In this document: piece after piece, positions 41,087 to 48,560 of the stretch
How positions within the stretch are numbered: position 1 is the stretch's first letter
Layout of the letters: each line of letters opens with the position of its first letter
IMG/VR virus record: IMGVR_UViG_3300025881_000013
Origin: an uncultured virus (IMG/VR IMGVR_UViG_3300025881_000013)
Taxonomy: Duplodnaviria; Heunggongvirae; Uroviricota; Caudoviricetes
Length of the DNA: 64,000 nt
Strand: one strand, 5' to 3'
The notes under the pieces: generated by a model
The model's input: only the letters and a program-made list of their open reading frames with translations
Told to the model about the DNA's origin: nothing
Database searches by the model: none
Made by a program: the position numbers and the translations under genes

Positions 41087-41115
41087 GTGCATATCTAGTC
41101 GAGATCCATAAGCAT

Positions 41116-41123
41116 TATTTATA
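41116..41123 (-). promoter_or_regulatory. T4-type late promoter motif TATAAATA
   Basis: Perfect match in non-coding region. Confidence 0.5.
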
Positions 41124-41174
41124 AGTCTCGACGATAAAAAATGTGTGGGTCTCAGAATTTTTATGCGGGGGTGG

Positions 41175-41203
41175 TTGACAAAATGCTCTGAGTGTGATAG
41201 CCT
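41175..41203 (+). promoter_or_regulatory. Plus-strand sigma70-type promoter with no downstream ORF
   Basis: TTGACA-17 nt-TAGCCT with extended -10 TGn. Confidence 0.55.
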
Positions 41204-41231
41204 GCGGGTAAAGGTCACAAGTCTCAGAAGG

Positions 41232-41297
41232 TTTATAAGGCATAAGATCTGAGGTTTATAAGAACTTTATAAGGCATAAGATCTGAGGTTTATAAGA
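41232..41297. repeat. Perfect 32-bp tandem direct repeat (2 copies, period 34)
   Basis: tttataaggcataagatctgaggtttataaga at 41232-41263 and 41266-41297. Confidence 0.9.
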
Positions 41298-41299
41298 GG

Positions 41300-41351
41300 T
41301 TTTCCACACAAATAATAGGGTTTATCCACAGAAATACAATACTTTTCCACA
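41300..41351 (+). promoter_or_regulatory. Three phased DnaA-box matches
   Basis: TTTTCCACA 41300-41308, TTATCCACA 41322-41330, TTTTCCACA 41343-41351; AT-rich tract follows. Confidence 0.65.
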
Positions 41352-41372
41352 ACTATGTAAAAAACAGTTTTA

Positions 41373-41380
41373 TATTTATA
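41373..41380 (-). promoter_or_regulatory. T4-type late promoter motif TATAAATA
   Basis: Perfect match within the AT-rich tract; could be chance given composition. Confidence 0.4.
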
Positions 41381-41444
41381 ATCATATTTAAAACCTATTT
41401 TTTAATCAATAATGTATCCGTTGTTACCATTAGTTCATTAGTAT

Positions 41445-41723
41445 TCACCATTTACCTATTGGACACTGACTCACACCGAACTTCACCTTAGTACCCAGAT
41501 AACAACCACACTGTCTACATCTATTCTGTCTTACACTATAATAATCACACTTCTTACATATATCCATTCTTTCCTTCTGTTCTTCTTTAGATAGAAGTAA
41601 CTTACTCTCATTACTAGGTGATAGATCAATTACATTCTTGACTACTTCAAATGTAAACTTTGCTAAATTCTTTCCTTGTTCATTAACAGAAGGAAAGTCT
41701 TCATCTCTATTCTTCTCTTCCAT
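41445..41723 (-). CDS. Cys-rich small protein (DUF6171-like)
   Basis: ERMDICKKC...CRQCGCYL..K...CPIGKW. Confidence 0.75.
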   Translation of the reverse strand: MEEKNRDEDFPSVNEQGKNLAKFTFEVVKNVIDLSPSNESKLLLSKEEQKERMDICKKCDYYSVRQNRCRQCGCYLGTKVKFGVSQCPIGKW

Positions 41724-42333
41724 AATTCATTCCTCCCAGATAGAACCATCCTGTCGCAACATACTTATTCCCCTTTAATACTAATCCTCCTCTATGGCAA
41801 TGTGTCATACCTGCAGGCCATATAAGTAACTTACCTCTCTCTGGTTGTATTCTTTTCTTATAATACAAGTACTCTGTTTCTCCTCCTTCATAATCATCAT
41901 TCAAATAGATCATCCATACAAGAGATCTTCGTGCTTCTTGTACACTACTATTCTCATCGTGCCAGACATGATAACCTCCTCCTGCTGGTGTCTTCTGTAT
42001 CTTTTGTGCCAATGAATAAAATGGTACTATTTTTAAATGACCAAAGACTTGTGTATACTCTTCTAAACATTCAAACAATACTTCATTCATTTGTTGTGAT
42101 ACAGGACCATTCATACTCGGACTCATATCATGTAAATCTAATGCCCAATCAAACCTACCGGCATTACTATTCTCAAATTGATCATCCTCACAATAAACTG
42201 CATCAATATCCTGATAATAATCAAAACCCCTTATAATCTCATTACAATACTCCGTAGAATATACACATGAGTATTCTCCAATGAAATCAGAATACCTTCC
42301 CTTCAATTCAGTTGATTCTTTCATGTCTTTCAA
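41707..42333 (-). CDS. 2OG-Fe(II) oxygenase (prolyl-4-hydroxylase-like)
   Basis: YHVWHDE, MIYLND, GGET, WPAGMTHCHRG, KYVATGW. Confidence 0.9.
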   Translation of the reverse strand: MKDMKESTELKGRYSDFIGEYSCVYSTEYCNEIIRGFDYYQDIDAVYCEDDQFENSNAGRFDWALDLHDMSPSMNGPVSQQMNEVLFECLEEYTQVFGHLKIVPFYSLAQKIQKTPAGGGYHVWHDENSSVQEARRSLVWMIYLNDDYEGGETEYLYYKKRIQPERGKLLIWPAGMTHCHRGGLVLKGNKYVATGWFYLGGMNYGREE

Positions 42334-42640
42334 TAAGTTCTTGATATTCTGGATACTTCTCTATTATAACATCTTTTAACTGATTATAATGTTTATTCTT
42401 CCATTCCTCATCATTTGATATCCATTTATCTAAAGGACAATCACCCCATGGATCTTTTATCTTATGTGGCAAATAACATCCACATTCCTTACATCCTTCC
42501 TCCGGTTCATCAAAGTGTTCACATCCTTCACATATACTCCACCGTTCTTTCTGACAATTCTTTGATGCATGAAATGATTCGTGCATCTCTTGAAGAAAAA
42601 ACTCATCCATAAATTTAAATATCAATTCATTTAACATCAT
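42308..42640 (-). CDS. Cys-rich small protein (DUF6171-like paralogue)
   Basis: ERWSICEGC...CKECGCYL..K...CPLDKW. Confidence 0.75.
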   Translation of the reverse strand: MMLNELIFKFMDEFFLQEMHESFHASKNCQKERWSICEGCEHFDEPEEGCKECGCYLPHKIKDPWGDCPLDKWISNDEEWKNKHYNQLKDVIIEKYPEYQELIERHERIN

Positions 42641-42652
42641 ATTGTTTTTTTA

Positions 42653-43828
42653 TTATATATTAGTGATTGATCCCTTTACAGTATTGTTAGTATAATATTC
42701 GACTCTGGCATTTCTTTTCTGAATTGATTTTCCTCCACTTCCTCCTCCAACCACACTCTGTCCCCATTTACCACCAGAATTTCCGGGATTACCACTATTA
42801 CCTGTCGAACTTCCTCCACTACAACTATTCGTGGATCCACTTCCTCCAGGATTACCACTTCCTGGACTATTGAAATTACTAAATCCCTGTCCAACTCCTC
42901 CACCACCGGCAGCTCCAGCTGCACCTCCACCAATACTAAAATTGATTGGTTTGTAACAATTAATCGACCAATTTGCCGAACACTGATAATTACCTGCCGG
43001 ATATACACCCATTCCTCTTCTTGATCCACTTCCACGACAACGATTTCTGATAGCAGTTTGATTCGCATTCATCCACCTTGCTCCAGATCCCAGTGCAATG
43101 CGACACGACCGACCAGGCATTGCAGATGCTAAATTAGTTCCACTCGTATAAGGATTAGATACACCATACCTATACTGAGTAGCACTACAATTATTAATAG
43201 ATCCTCCAGGATTTCCGGGATTGCCCGATGTACCTGCTCCACCACCAGCCCAGATCCTACCATAAGATCGAATCTCAACATCTGATTTCGTATAAGTATT
43301 GTTCACATATAATGCATCTCCTCCACTTCCTCCAAGAGCACCACCTTCTCCATAAATTGCACCCGCTTGATCAACCTCTATCTCTAAATTATATAAATTT
43401 CCATCAAATGTAAGTGCATCTTTATCAGTTTGATTTGCAAAAATCGTTCCTGTTACATCAAACTTCTTTAAAACATTACGACTTAAATTTCCATTCCATG
43501 TTGATGTATTAGTATCACCATATTCCAATTCTTCATTATTTCCACTCTGAGTGACATTATATCCTGTAATTGTATCTCTTAATGAATCTACCGTCCAGTC
43601 ATTATTTGTTGAAGTAACACTACTATTTTCTGTTGCATCCGGTATCCTTGGACTAATTGATGATGCATTAGGTCCATCCCAATCAACATCATCACCAGTA
43701 TTTCTTAAATATGCACTCGCCTTGATATCAGAAGTATTTCCACCAAATTGCGCCTTAATCTGCGAAAATGAAATCGGATTACCCGCACCAGATGTAAAGT
43801 GTGATGTTTTTGTGACGTTCGTTGCCAT
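42653..43828 (-). CDS. Glycine-rich tail-fibre tip/adhesin (gp38-like)
   Basis: ISFSQIKAQFGG N-terminus; IYGEGG..GGSGGDALYV...GRIWAGGGAG polyglycine motifs; start at MATNVTK; AATAAATA late-promoter-like site at 43848-43855. Confidence 0.7.
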   Translation of the reverse strand: MATNVTKTSHFTSGAGNPISFSQIKAQFGGNTSDIKASAYLRNTGDDVDWDGPNASSISPRIPDATENSSVTSTNNDWTVDSLRDTITGYNVTQSGNNEELEYGDTNTSTWNGNLSRNVLKKFDVTGTIFANQTDKDALTFDGNLYNLEIEVDQAGAIYGEGGALGGSGGDALYVNNTYTKSDVEIRSYGRIWAGGGAGTSGNPGNPGGSINNCSATQYRYGVSNPYTSGTNLASAMPGRSCRIALGSGARWMNANQTAIRNRCRGSGSRRGMGVYPAGNYQCSANWSINCYKPINFSIGGGAAGAAGGGGVGQGFSNFNSPGSGNPGGSGSTNSCSGGSSTGNSGNPGNSGGKWGQSVVGGGSGGKSIQKRNARVEYYTNNTVKGSITNI

Positions 43829-43850
43829 GAATATAATGACTTTTTTATAT

Positions 43851-44348
43851 TTATTGTGGAGAATACTTAATTGCAACCGTAAATCGATGACCATTCCGAA
43901 ATGATGTTGCACGATGTAAAATCCTACCATCAAACATGACTAATCGATTTGGTATTGGAATCACACCATAAATGTTCTCATCCACATAAAATTGTGTCTC
44001 CCCTCCTTCTTGTAAATCAAATCTATCATTCGCATAATGTAAAAATGTAACTCCCTCCCCATCAGTATGAAAATATGGATTCTCATTTGGAGCAAAACAA
44101 TTAATATACATCCGATATAATTTCATATTAGAAAGAAATGAACATTTATCCATTAACTTCTTACGAAATAACTTATATACAAATTCTGTCTCTGGTATGT
44201 TATGCACCATTCCCGTCACAATATCATCACCATTATCACTCTCACCATAATGATATGATGCATTTAAACAATAATCCCGAACAATCTTAAATTCTTTATT
44301 TTCTAAAAAATTATCATCAAAATTAATTTCCATGTTTTCGATCTCCAT
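43851..44348 (-). CDS. 2OG-Fe(II) oxygenase
   Basis: FHTD, GGETQF, NRLVMFDG..LHRA, RFTVAIK. Confidence 0.88.
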   Translation of the reverse strand: MEIENMEINFDDNFLENKEFKIVRDYCLNASYHYGESDNGDDIVTGMVHNIPETEFVYKLFRKKLMDKCSFLSNMKLYRMYINCFAPNENPYFHTDGEGVTFLHYANDRFDLQEGGETQFYVDENIYGVIPIPNRLVMFDGRILHRATSFRNGHRFTVAIKYSPQ

Positions 44349-44970
44349 ATTGTTTGATCCAAATATTAAATGAAATTGATATTCTTGGATTGTTTGGTGT
44401 CGGATCCGACTTACTCACATAATGACTCAAATATGGTGGAAACATTAATAAATCACCCTCACGAACATAAGGTGACCATCTACCATTACCATAATAATTT
44501 GAATCCATCTCTATTGTATTATATCTTTTTTCCTCAATCGGATCAACAAATATTACTGGTTCATGAACTTCTGAGTCAAATTTTAAATAATGAATACAAG
44601 AGAAATGTGATCTTCTTGAGAAAACATCAAAACTTGAATGTGTGTGCTGTTCCTGAAATTCACCTTTTGAATAAACATTTAACCAAATATCATCAAACTC
44701 AAATTCAACTGGTTTATCAAAAAACTTTTTTACATAATCATGATAGTACTTGAAAAATATACTATCCTCATGAAAAATAAATGAATTGATTTCATTTATA
44801 TCAAATGTAGTAAACAGACTGTCAGTCAACCAACCATCAGGAACTTTTAAATTTTTTTTCTTATAAAGATATTCGATTTTATCTAATACATCATCTAAGA
44901 TTAATCCGTTTTCACGAATATTTGTCTGAAACAAATGTATAGGAAATAATACTTTCTTATAACGATTCAT
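44323..44970 (-). CDS. 2OG-Fe(II) oxygenase (TIGR02466-like)
   Basis: WLNVY..QEQHTH, SCIHYL, EGDLLMFPPYLSHYV, RISISFN. Confidence 0.88.
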   Translation of the reverse strand: MNRYKKVLFPIHLFQTNIRENGLILDDVLDKIEYLYKKKNLKVPDGWLTDSLFTTFDINEINSFIFHEDSIFFKYYHDYVKKFFDKPVEFEFDDIWLNVYSKGEFQEQHTHSSFDVFSRRSHFSCIHYLKFDSEVHEPVIFVDPIEEKRYNTIEMDSNYYGNGRWSPYVREGDLLMFPPYLSHYVSKSDPTPNNPRISISFNIWIKQYGDRKHGN

Positions 44971-45205
44971 AAATGCTCTTCCGGCTCTTCACATAAGTTA
45001 GATCTTTCCATTGATGAGGATAACAACAAAGCAGAGTATGAATATACTTATGTTTCTCTTCTCTGGTATACTCACAGTTTGGTTTAGGTCTTACTCCTGT
45101 CTCAATCGTAATATAGGCACTATCAACAAAGTATACCCATCCCTCATGTATAATACCATGATGATTCCATATTACATAATCATTAACCTTTGGAACATAA
45201 CTCAT
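44957..45205 (-). CDS. Conserved cyanophage hypothetical protein
   Basis: YVPKVNDYVIW..EGWVYF..YITIE; translationally coupled. Confidence 0.75.
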   Translation of the reverse strand: MSYVPKVNDYVIWNHHGIIHEGWVYFVDSAYITIETGVRPKPNCEYTREEKHKYIHTLLCCYPHQWKDLTYVKSRKSIYESL

Positions 45206-45480
45206 GAATACAATATTGCTTCTAATGGATTTAGGTTCTTTTTCATTGCACTATAAGGAGTTGTATCCTGAATCAATACTTCCTTACCTACCTTCTTTGA
45301 ATTAATCGGTGCATAATACTTTCCCTTCTTTGATGAATAGAATCCCCATATTGATTTGGGTGGTGTATCTCTATAAGAGAAGTCTGCATGATTGACTATC
45401 CATACTGCATCATACCTTGCGCTAAATGATTCAAATGAATAAGAAAAACCTTCGGGTGGTAGGTGTGGGAAATCAATCAT
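45202..45480 (-). CDS. Conserved cyanophage hypothetical protein
   Basis: FPHLPPEGFSY..IWGFY..APIN..TTPYSAM. Confidence 0.75.
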   Translation of the reverse strand: MIDFPHLPPEGFSYSFESFSARYDAVWIVNHADFSYRDTPPKSIWGFYSSKKGKYYAPINSKKVGKEVLIQDTTPYSAMKKNLNPLEAILYS

Positions 45481-45629
45481 TGGACTCTTACAATCTTTAA
45501 TCGTTTTGGATTTGTACCATCATTTAAATTTTCTTCATATTGTCTCTTACATTCCTCCTTTGTTAATGCTCCCGTAACATCAGTCCATCCCATCGTCCCT
45601 TCTTCCTGTAGTTTATATAATTCTTCCAT
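45477..45629 (-). CDS. 50-aa hypothetical protein (not in ORF track)
   Basis: MEELYKLQEEGTMGW...LTKEEC...GTNPKRLKIVRVQ. Confidence 0.65.
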   Translation of the reverse strand: MEELYKLQEEGTMGWTDVTGALTKEECKRQYEENLNDGTNPKRLKIVRVQ

Positions 45630-45634
45630 AGAGA

Positions 45635-45865
45635 TTAAGTGCAGAATGCTTCTATTATACCAGATTCATATTCATCTAGCAAGCTGAGTTTATTTGCGGT
45701 AATAATCTTTTCCATAATCAAATGTCCATAGTCCTCATTAAATGATTCCTCATCAGATAACAATTCAAGGGCTTCTGCATCATTCTCTGCAATCAATGTA
45801 ATTAACCCTCCATACTCTGACTGTGGAAATGGCACCCAGTAATCAACAACATACATGTATTTCAC
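45635..45865 (-). CDS. Hypothetical protein
   Basis: YVVDYWVPFPQSEYGG; coupled in operon. Confidence 0.7.
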   Translation of the reverse strand: MKYMYVVDYWVPFPQSEYGGLITLIAENDAEALELLSDEESFNEDYGHLIMEKIITANKLSLLDEYESGIIEAFCT

Positions 45866-46047
45866 AAGAACTCCGCAGTAAAGTAATCAACAGTCAGTTC
45901 CATCTTTGCAGCAGTGTTTTCAATAAACTGATCTAATACCTCAGGTGCATCTTCTTTGACCACATTATACCATGAATACCATAACTCTGGATTTGTTTGT
46001 GGGGTCACTGGTGTTCTTTTAGAAAGAGGGTTCAACATAAGATTCAT
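45862..46047 (-). CDS. Hypothetical protein
   Basis: AAKMELTVDYFTAEFL C-terminus; start uncertain. Confidence 0.6.
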   Translation of the reverse strand: MNLMLNPLSKRTPVTPQTNPELWYSWYNVVKEDAPEVLDQFIENTAAKMELTVDYFTAEFL

Positions 46048-46234
46048 AATTGAGTTCGACGTTTGTTGTGTCTAATGTGGCATAATAATCATACAACCGA
46101 TCATACAAGGTGTCAATACTACCTGATGATCGATTGATCTGTATCTCATCTCCGTTCTCTACTAATTCAAGTGCCTTGAGTATAATATCTAACTCATGCA
46201 CATTCAGTTCAATATTAATCTCAGTCTTTTTCAT
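46019..46234 (-). CDS. Hypothetical protein
   Basis: ORF track; coupled in operon. Confidence 0.65.
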   Translation of the reverse strand: MKKTEINIELNVHELDIILKALELVENGDEIQINRSSGSIDTLYDRLYDYYATLDTTNVELNYESYVEPSF

Positions 46235-46500
46235 TCATTAACTCCTGATAATTCAATTGGTTGTGATTTGAAATACAGTCCGGCAATTTGCATCATATCA
46301 ATTAACTTTGATTGTATCTCCTCCAATTCTTCCACATCCAAATCACATTCCCAAAAATCTACCATATTAAATTCATCAAAATCTATCTTTCCATCATTAT
46401 GAATAGGTGCATAAAACAATTCACCTTCAGTGCAAACAGTATAAATGCATCCATAATCTTCACAAGTAACAAATACACCAGAAAAAGTTAGATCAGTCAT
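46231..46500 (-). CDS. Hypothetical acidic protein
   Basis: ORF track; coupled in operon. Confidence 0.65.
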   Translation of the reverse strand: MTDLTFSGVFVTCEDYGCIYTVCTEGELFYAPIHNDGKIDFDEFNMVDFWECDLDVEELEEIQSKLIDMMQIAGLYFKSQPIELSGVNE

Positions 46501-46643
46501 TAGAAGTCAAGAATGAGTTTTTCAAATTGGAGATGGTCATCACAAGAATCATCATCGTGCAAATCAATCATGTCCGTGTCTGTGTGCTTAAAGAGTTTGT
46601 CAAACAAGTCATTCACGAACTCTTGATTCGATTGTTGAGTCAT
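46500..46643 (-). CDS. 47-aa acidic protein (not in ORF track)
   Basis: MTQQSNQEFVNDLFDKLFKHTDTDMIDLHDDDSCDDHLQFEKLILDF; stop overlaps next start. Confidence 0.55.
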   Translation of the reverse strand: MTQQSNQEFVNDLFDKLFKHTDTDMIDLHDDDSCDDHLQFEKLILDF

Positions 46644-46754
46644 AATAGTTCATCATTTTGGTGTCACGTTCTGCAAGGAACATCAAATAAGATGACATTG
46701 CGAACATCGTGATGATAAATGCCAGCATGTATTGAATAAAATTAACCTTACTCA

Positions 46755-47024
46755 TCAACCTACTGCCATAGGAGTATACTCTGAACGTGGCATTTTGTCA
46801 AGATTGAAATCAGTTACCACCGCACCATTCGCAATACGTGTGTCCCACTCATTACGTGCATTCAGTGCCGTCACAGTTGAATAAGACTTCAGACCATTAG
46901 CATTGAAAGTAACACGTTTCTGAAAACGTTTGACCACAGTGATCATTCCTTTCTCTTCATCTGCCTCGGCAATGAATGCCTCAGGAAAGAAATCAACCGT
47001 GGTGACATTGTTGGTGATTTGCAT
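46755..47024 (-). CDS. Hypothetical early protein
   Basis: MQITNNVTTVDFFPEAF; start placed after the class B leader. Confidence 0.7.
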   Translation of the reverse strand: MQITNNVTTVDFFPEAFIAEADEEKGMITVVKRFQKRVTFNANGLKSYSTVTALNARNEWDTRIANGAVVTDFNLDKMPRSEYTPMAVG

Positions 47025-47040
47025 GGTGAGTGGTGTTCCC

Positions 47041-47112
47041 TTGATTACCTCTGTATTATAAGGCATCCTGGTGGGGTTTCAGGACACCCTGTGCCACTTG
47101 TTTAGGTGTCCA
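47041..47112 (-). promoter_or_regulatory. Early promoter cassette (class B)
   Basis: TGGACA-N10-TGGCAC, hairpin TCCTG/CAGGA, TATAAT, leader AGGTAATCAAG. Confidence 0.75.
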
Positions 47113-47572
47113 TTGCTTCGGCACTATAGACCGTTGTCTGTGCTAGAAATAGAAACTTCATCATATCATGTTCACTATCACTTTGACCGTCTAATCTCTT
47201 TGCAGGATCTAATGTATTACCCATTAATATTTTTCCTCCTCCCAATCTTTTCTTACATAGGTCAACATTATCTCTCATAATATCCACACCATAGATATCT
47301 TTAAGTGCATCTTCCTCACTCATATTATGAAACAACACTTTCACCCACTTGACTGCTGTTAGAAACTGACCATCTCCACATGCAGGGTCAAGAACTGTTT
47401 TGCCTGATACAAACTCATCCGTACCACATTCACGAATCATTCTTATCACCAAATCAGTCGGAGTAAAAACCTCGGCTGTTACTTTGACTCTGTATTCGTC
47501 ACGATTAATCTCACCCATATAAGAGTGATCATTCATCCTATTCTTTACTTCATCCCACAATTTGTCTGACAT
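47102..47572 (-). CDS. DNA amino-methyltransferase, SAM-binding half (motifs X, I-III)
   Basis: EVFTP, LDPACGDGQFL, IYGVDI, GNTL; no NPPY/F motif. Confidence 0.85.
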   Translation of the reverse strand: MSDKLWDEVKNRMNDHSYMGEINRDEYRVKVTAEVFTPTDLVIRMIRECGTDEFVSGKTVLDPACGDGQFLTAVKWVKVLFHNMSEEDALKDIYGVDIMRDNVDLCKKRLGGGKILMGNTLDPAKRLDGQSDSEHDMMKFLFLAQTTVYSAEAMDT

Positions 47573-48473
47573 ACACTCTCTCTTGTTCTGTGATGTTGAA
47601 GAAATCAAACACATCATCATCACTCATTTTACAATCAATTGGTAAATTTGGCAACCTACAAAATACTTTCTCATTACCAAACCCAGACCATTTTGCAGTC
47701 TTGAGAATATACTTCATTAGCGTACTATTCAGGTTATGTGTTAGATTCTCTCCCGATTCTTTATCATTCACCAACACATAATATACCATATCAGTACCAC
47801 CTAAAATACCATCATCATAAACTGGTTTTGTATATCCACTCCGTGACCACATTACTTTCTTCTTTGATGCCCAATCCTGTCGAATTCGTGAATACCAAGT
47901 TTGTTTGTTTGTGTGTAGAATTGGATGACTATCAATAAACTCTTGTTTAGTTTTAATGTCACAACAGTTATCCCACTTATTGATGATACCAGTCTCCCGT
48001 AGCAAATTCACGTTATGACACGTCACATAATCATATCTTACATCAAGGTGCTCTCTTATCTCAAACATTACCTTATTATGAACAGATAAGGCATTTTCTG
48101 ATAAATCTATAGGCAAATAGAACACTGAATCATCTATTTTACAGTCAAATGTACCGTCTTGAGTAACAACTTTAGTTTTTTCGATGCCGGGACGGTTGGA
48201 GACCATATAGTCGGCGAACGTGCTTCCCACTTCAGGAAAATAAGTTTTTGTATCTAAGTTCAGAAACTTCACTGCCTTAGACTTAAACAGTTGCAGAATC
48301 TTACTGGATGGTGATAAGAAACTACTAGGAGAAACCTGAAGGAGAATACCTCCAGGTTTTAACCACTCACTGAATGTTTTCTGTGTAAAGTCAATCCATA
48401 GCTTATGTTGTGTCTTCTTCTTATTGGTAGAATCCTGAAATGGTGGATTCGTTACTATTATATCAAACTGCAT
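47550..48473 (-). CDS. DNA adenine methyltransferase, catalytic plus target-recognition half (gamma/TaqI-Eco57I-like)
   Basis: Begins MQFDIIVTNPPF (motif IV), LWIDF, LKPGG.L..VSPSSF; no FxGxG motif. Confidence 0.85.
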   Translation of the reverse strand: MQFDIIVTNPPFQDSTNKKKTQHKLWIDFTQKTFSEWLKPGGILLQVSPSSFLSPSSKILQLFKSKAVKFLNLDTKTYFPEVGSTFADYMVSNRPGIEKTKVVTQDGTFDCKIDDSVFYLPIDLSENALSVHNKVMFEIREHLDVRYDYVTCHNVNLLRETGIINKWDNCCDIKTKQEFIDSHPILHTNKQTWYSRIRQDWASKKKVMWSRSGYTKPVYDDGILGGTDMVYYVLVNDKESGENLTHNLNSTLMKYILKTAKWSGFGNEKVFCRLPNLPIDCKMSDDDVFDFFNITEQERVYVRQIVG

Positions 48474-48531
48474 ATTCTCTTAGAGGTGATTTATTTAATT
48501 AAACAAACCAATCTCCAATGAGAATAATGTC

Positions 48532-48560
48532 GTTATACTTTATCTGTTAGATTAGATCAA
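48532..48560 (-). promoter_or_regulatory. Internal sigma70-type promoter for the methyltransferase pair
   Basis: TTGATC-17 nt-TATAAC. Confidence 0.45.

Larger units (their letters stand above)
40856..41137. repeat. Array of 13-bp interrupted palindromes ATCTCG(T/A)CGAGAT
   Basis: Copies starting at 40952 (perfect), 40994, 41028, 41069, 41093, 41125, and a degenerate copy at 40856. Confidence 0.75.

Noticed and set aside
40794..41111. 105-aa plus-strand ORF over the palindrome array
   Set aside because: Low-complexity translation arising from the repeats, with no promoter or ribosome-binding site; the minus strand has the consensus promoter.
41232..41297. 32-bp repeat as a mini CRISPR array
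   Set aside because: Only two copies separated by 2 bp, with no spacers and no cas genes.
43829..43933. N-terminal extension of the adhesin ORF given in the track
   Set aside because: It overlaps the oxygenase coding region in another frame; the late-promoter-like site supports a start at 43828.
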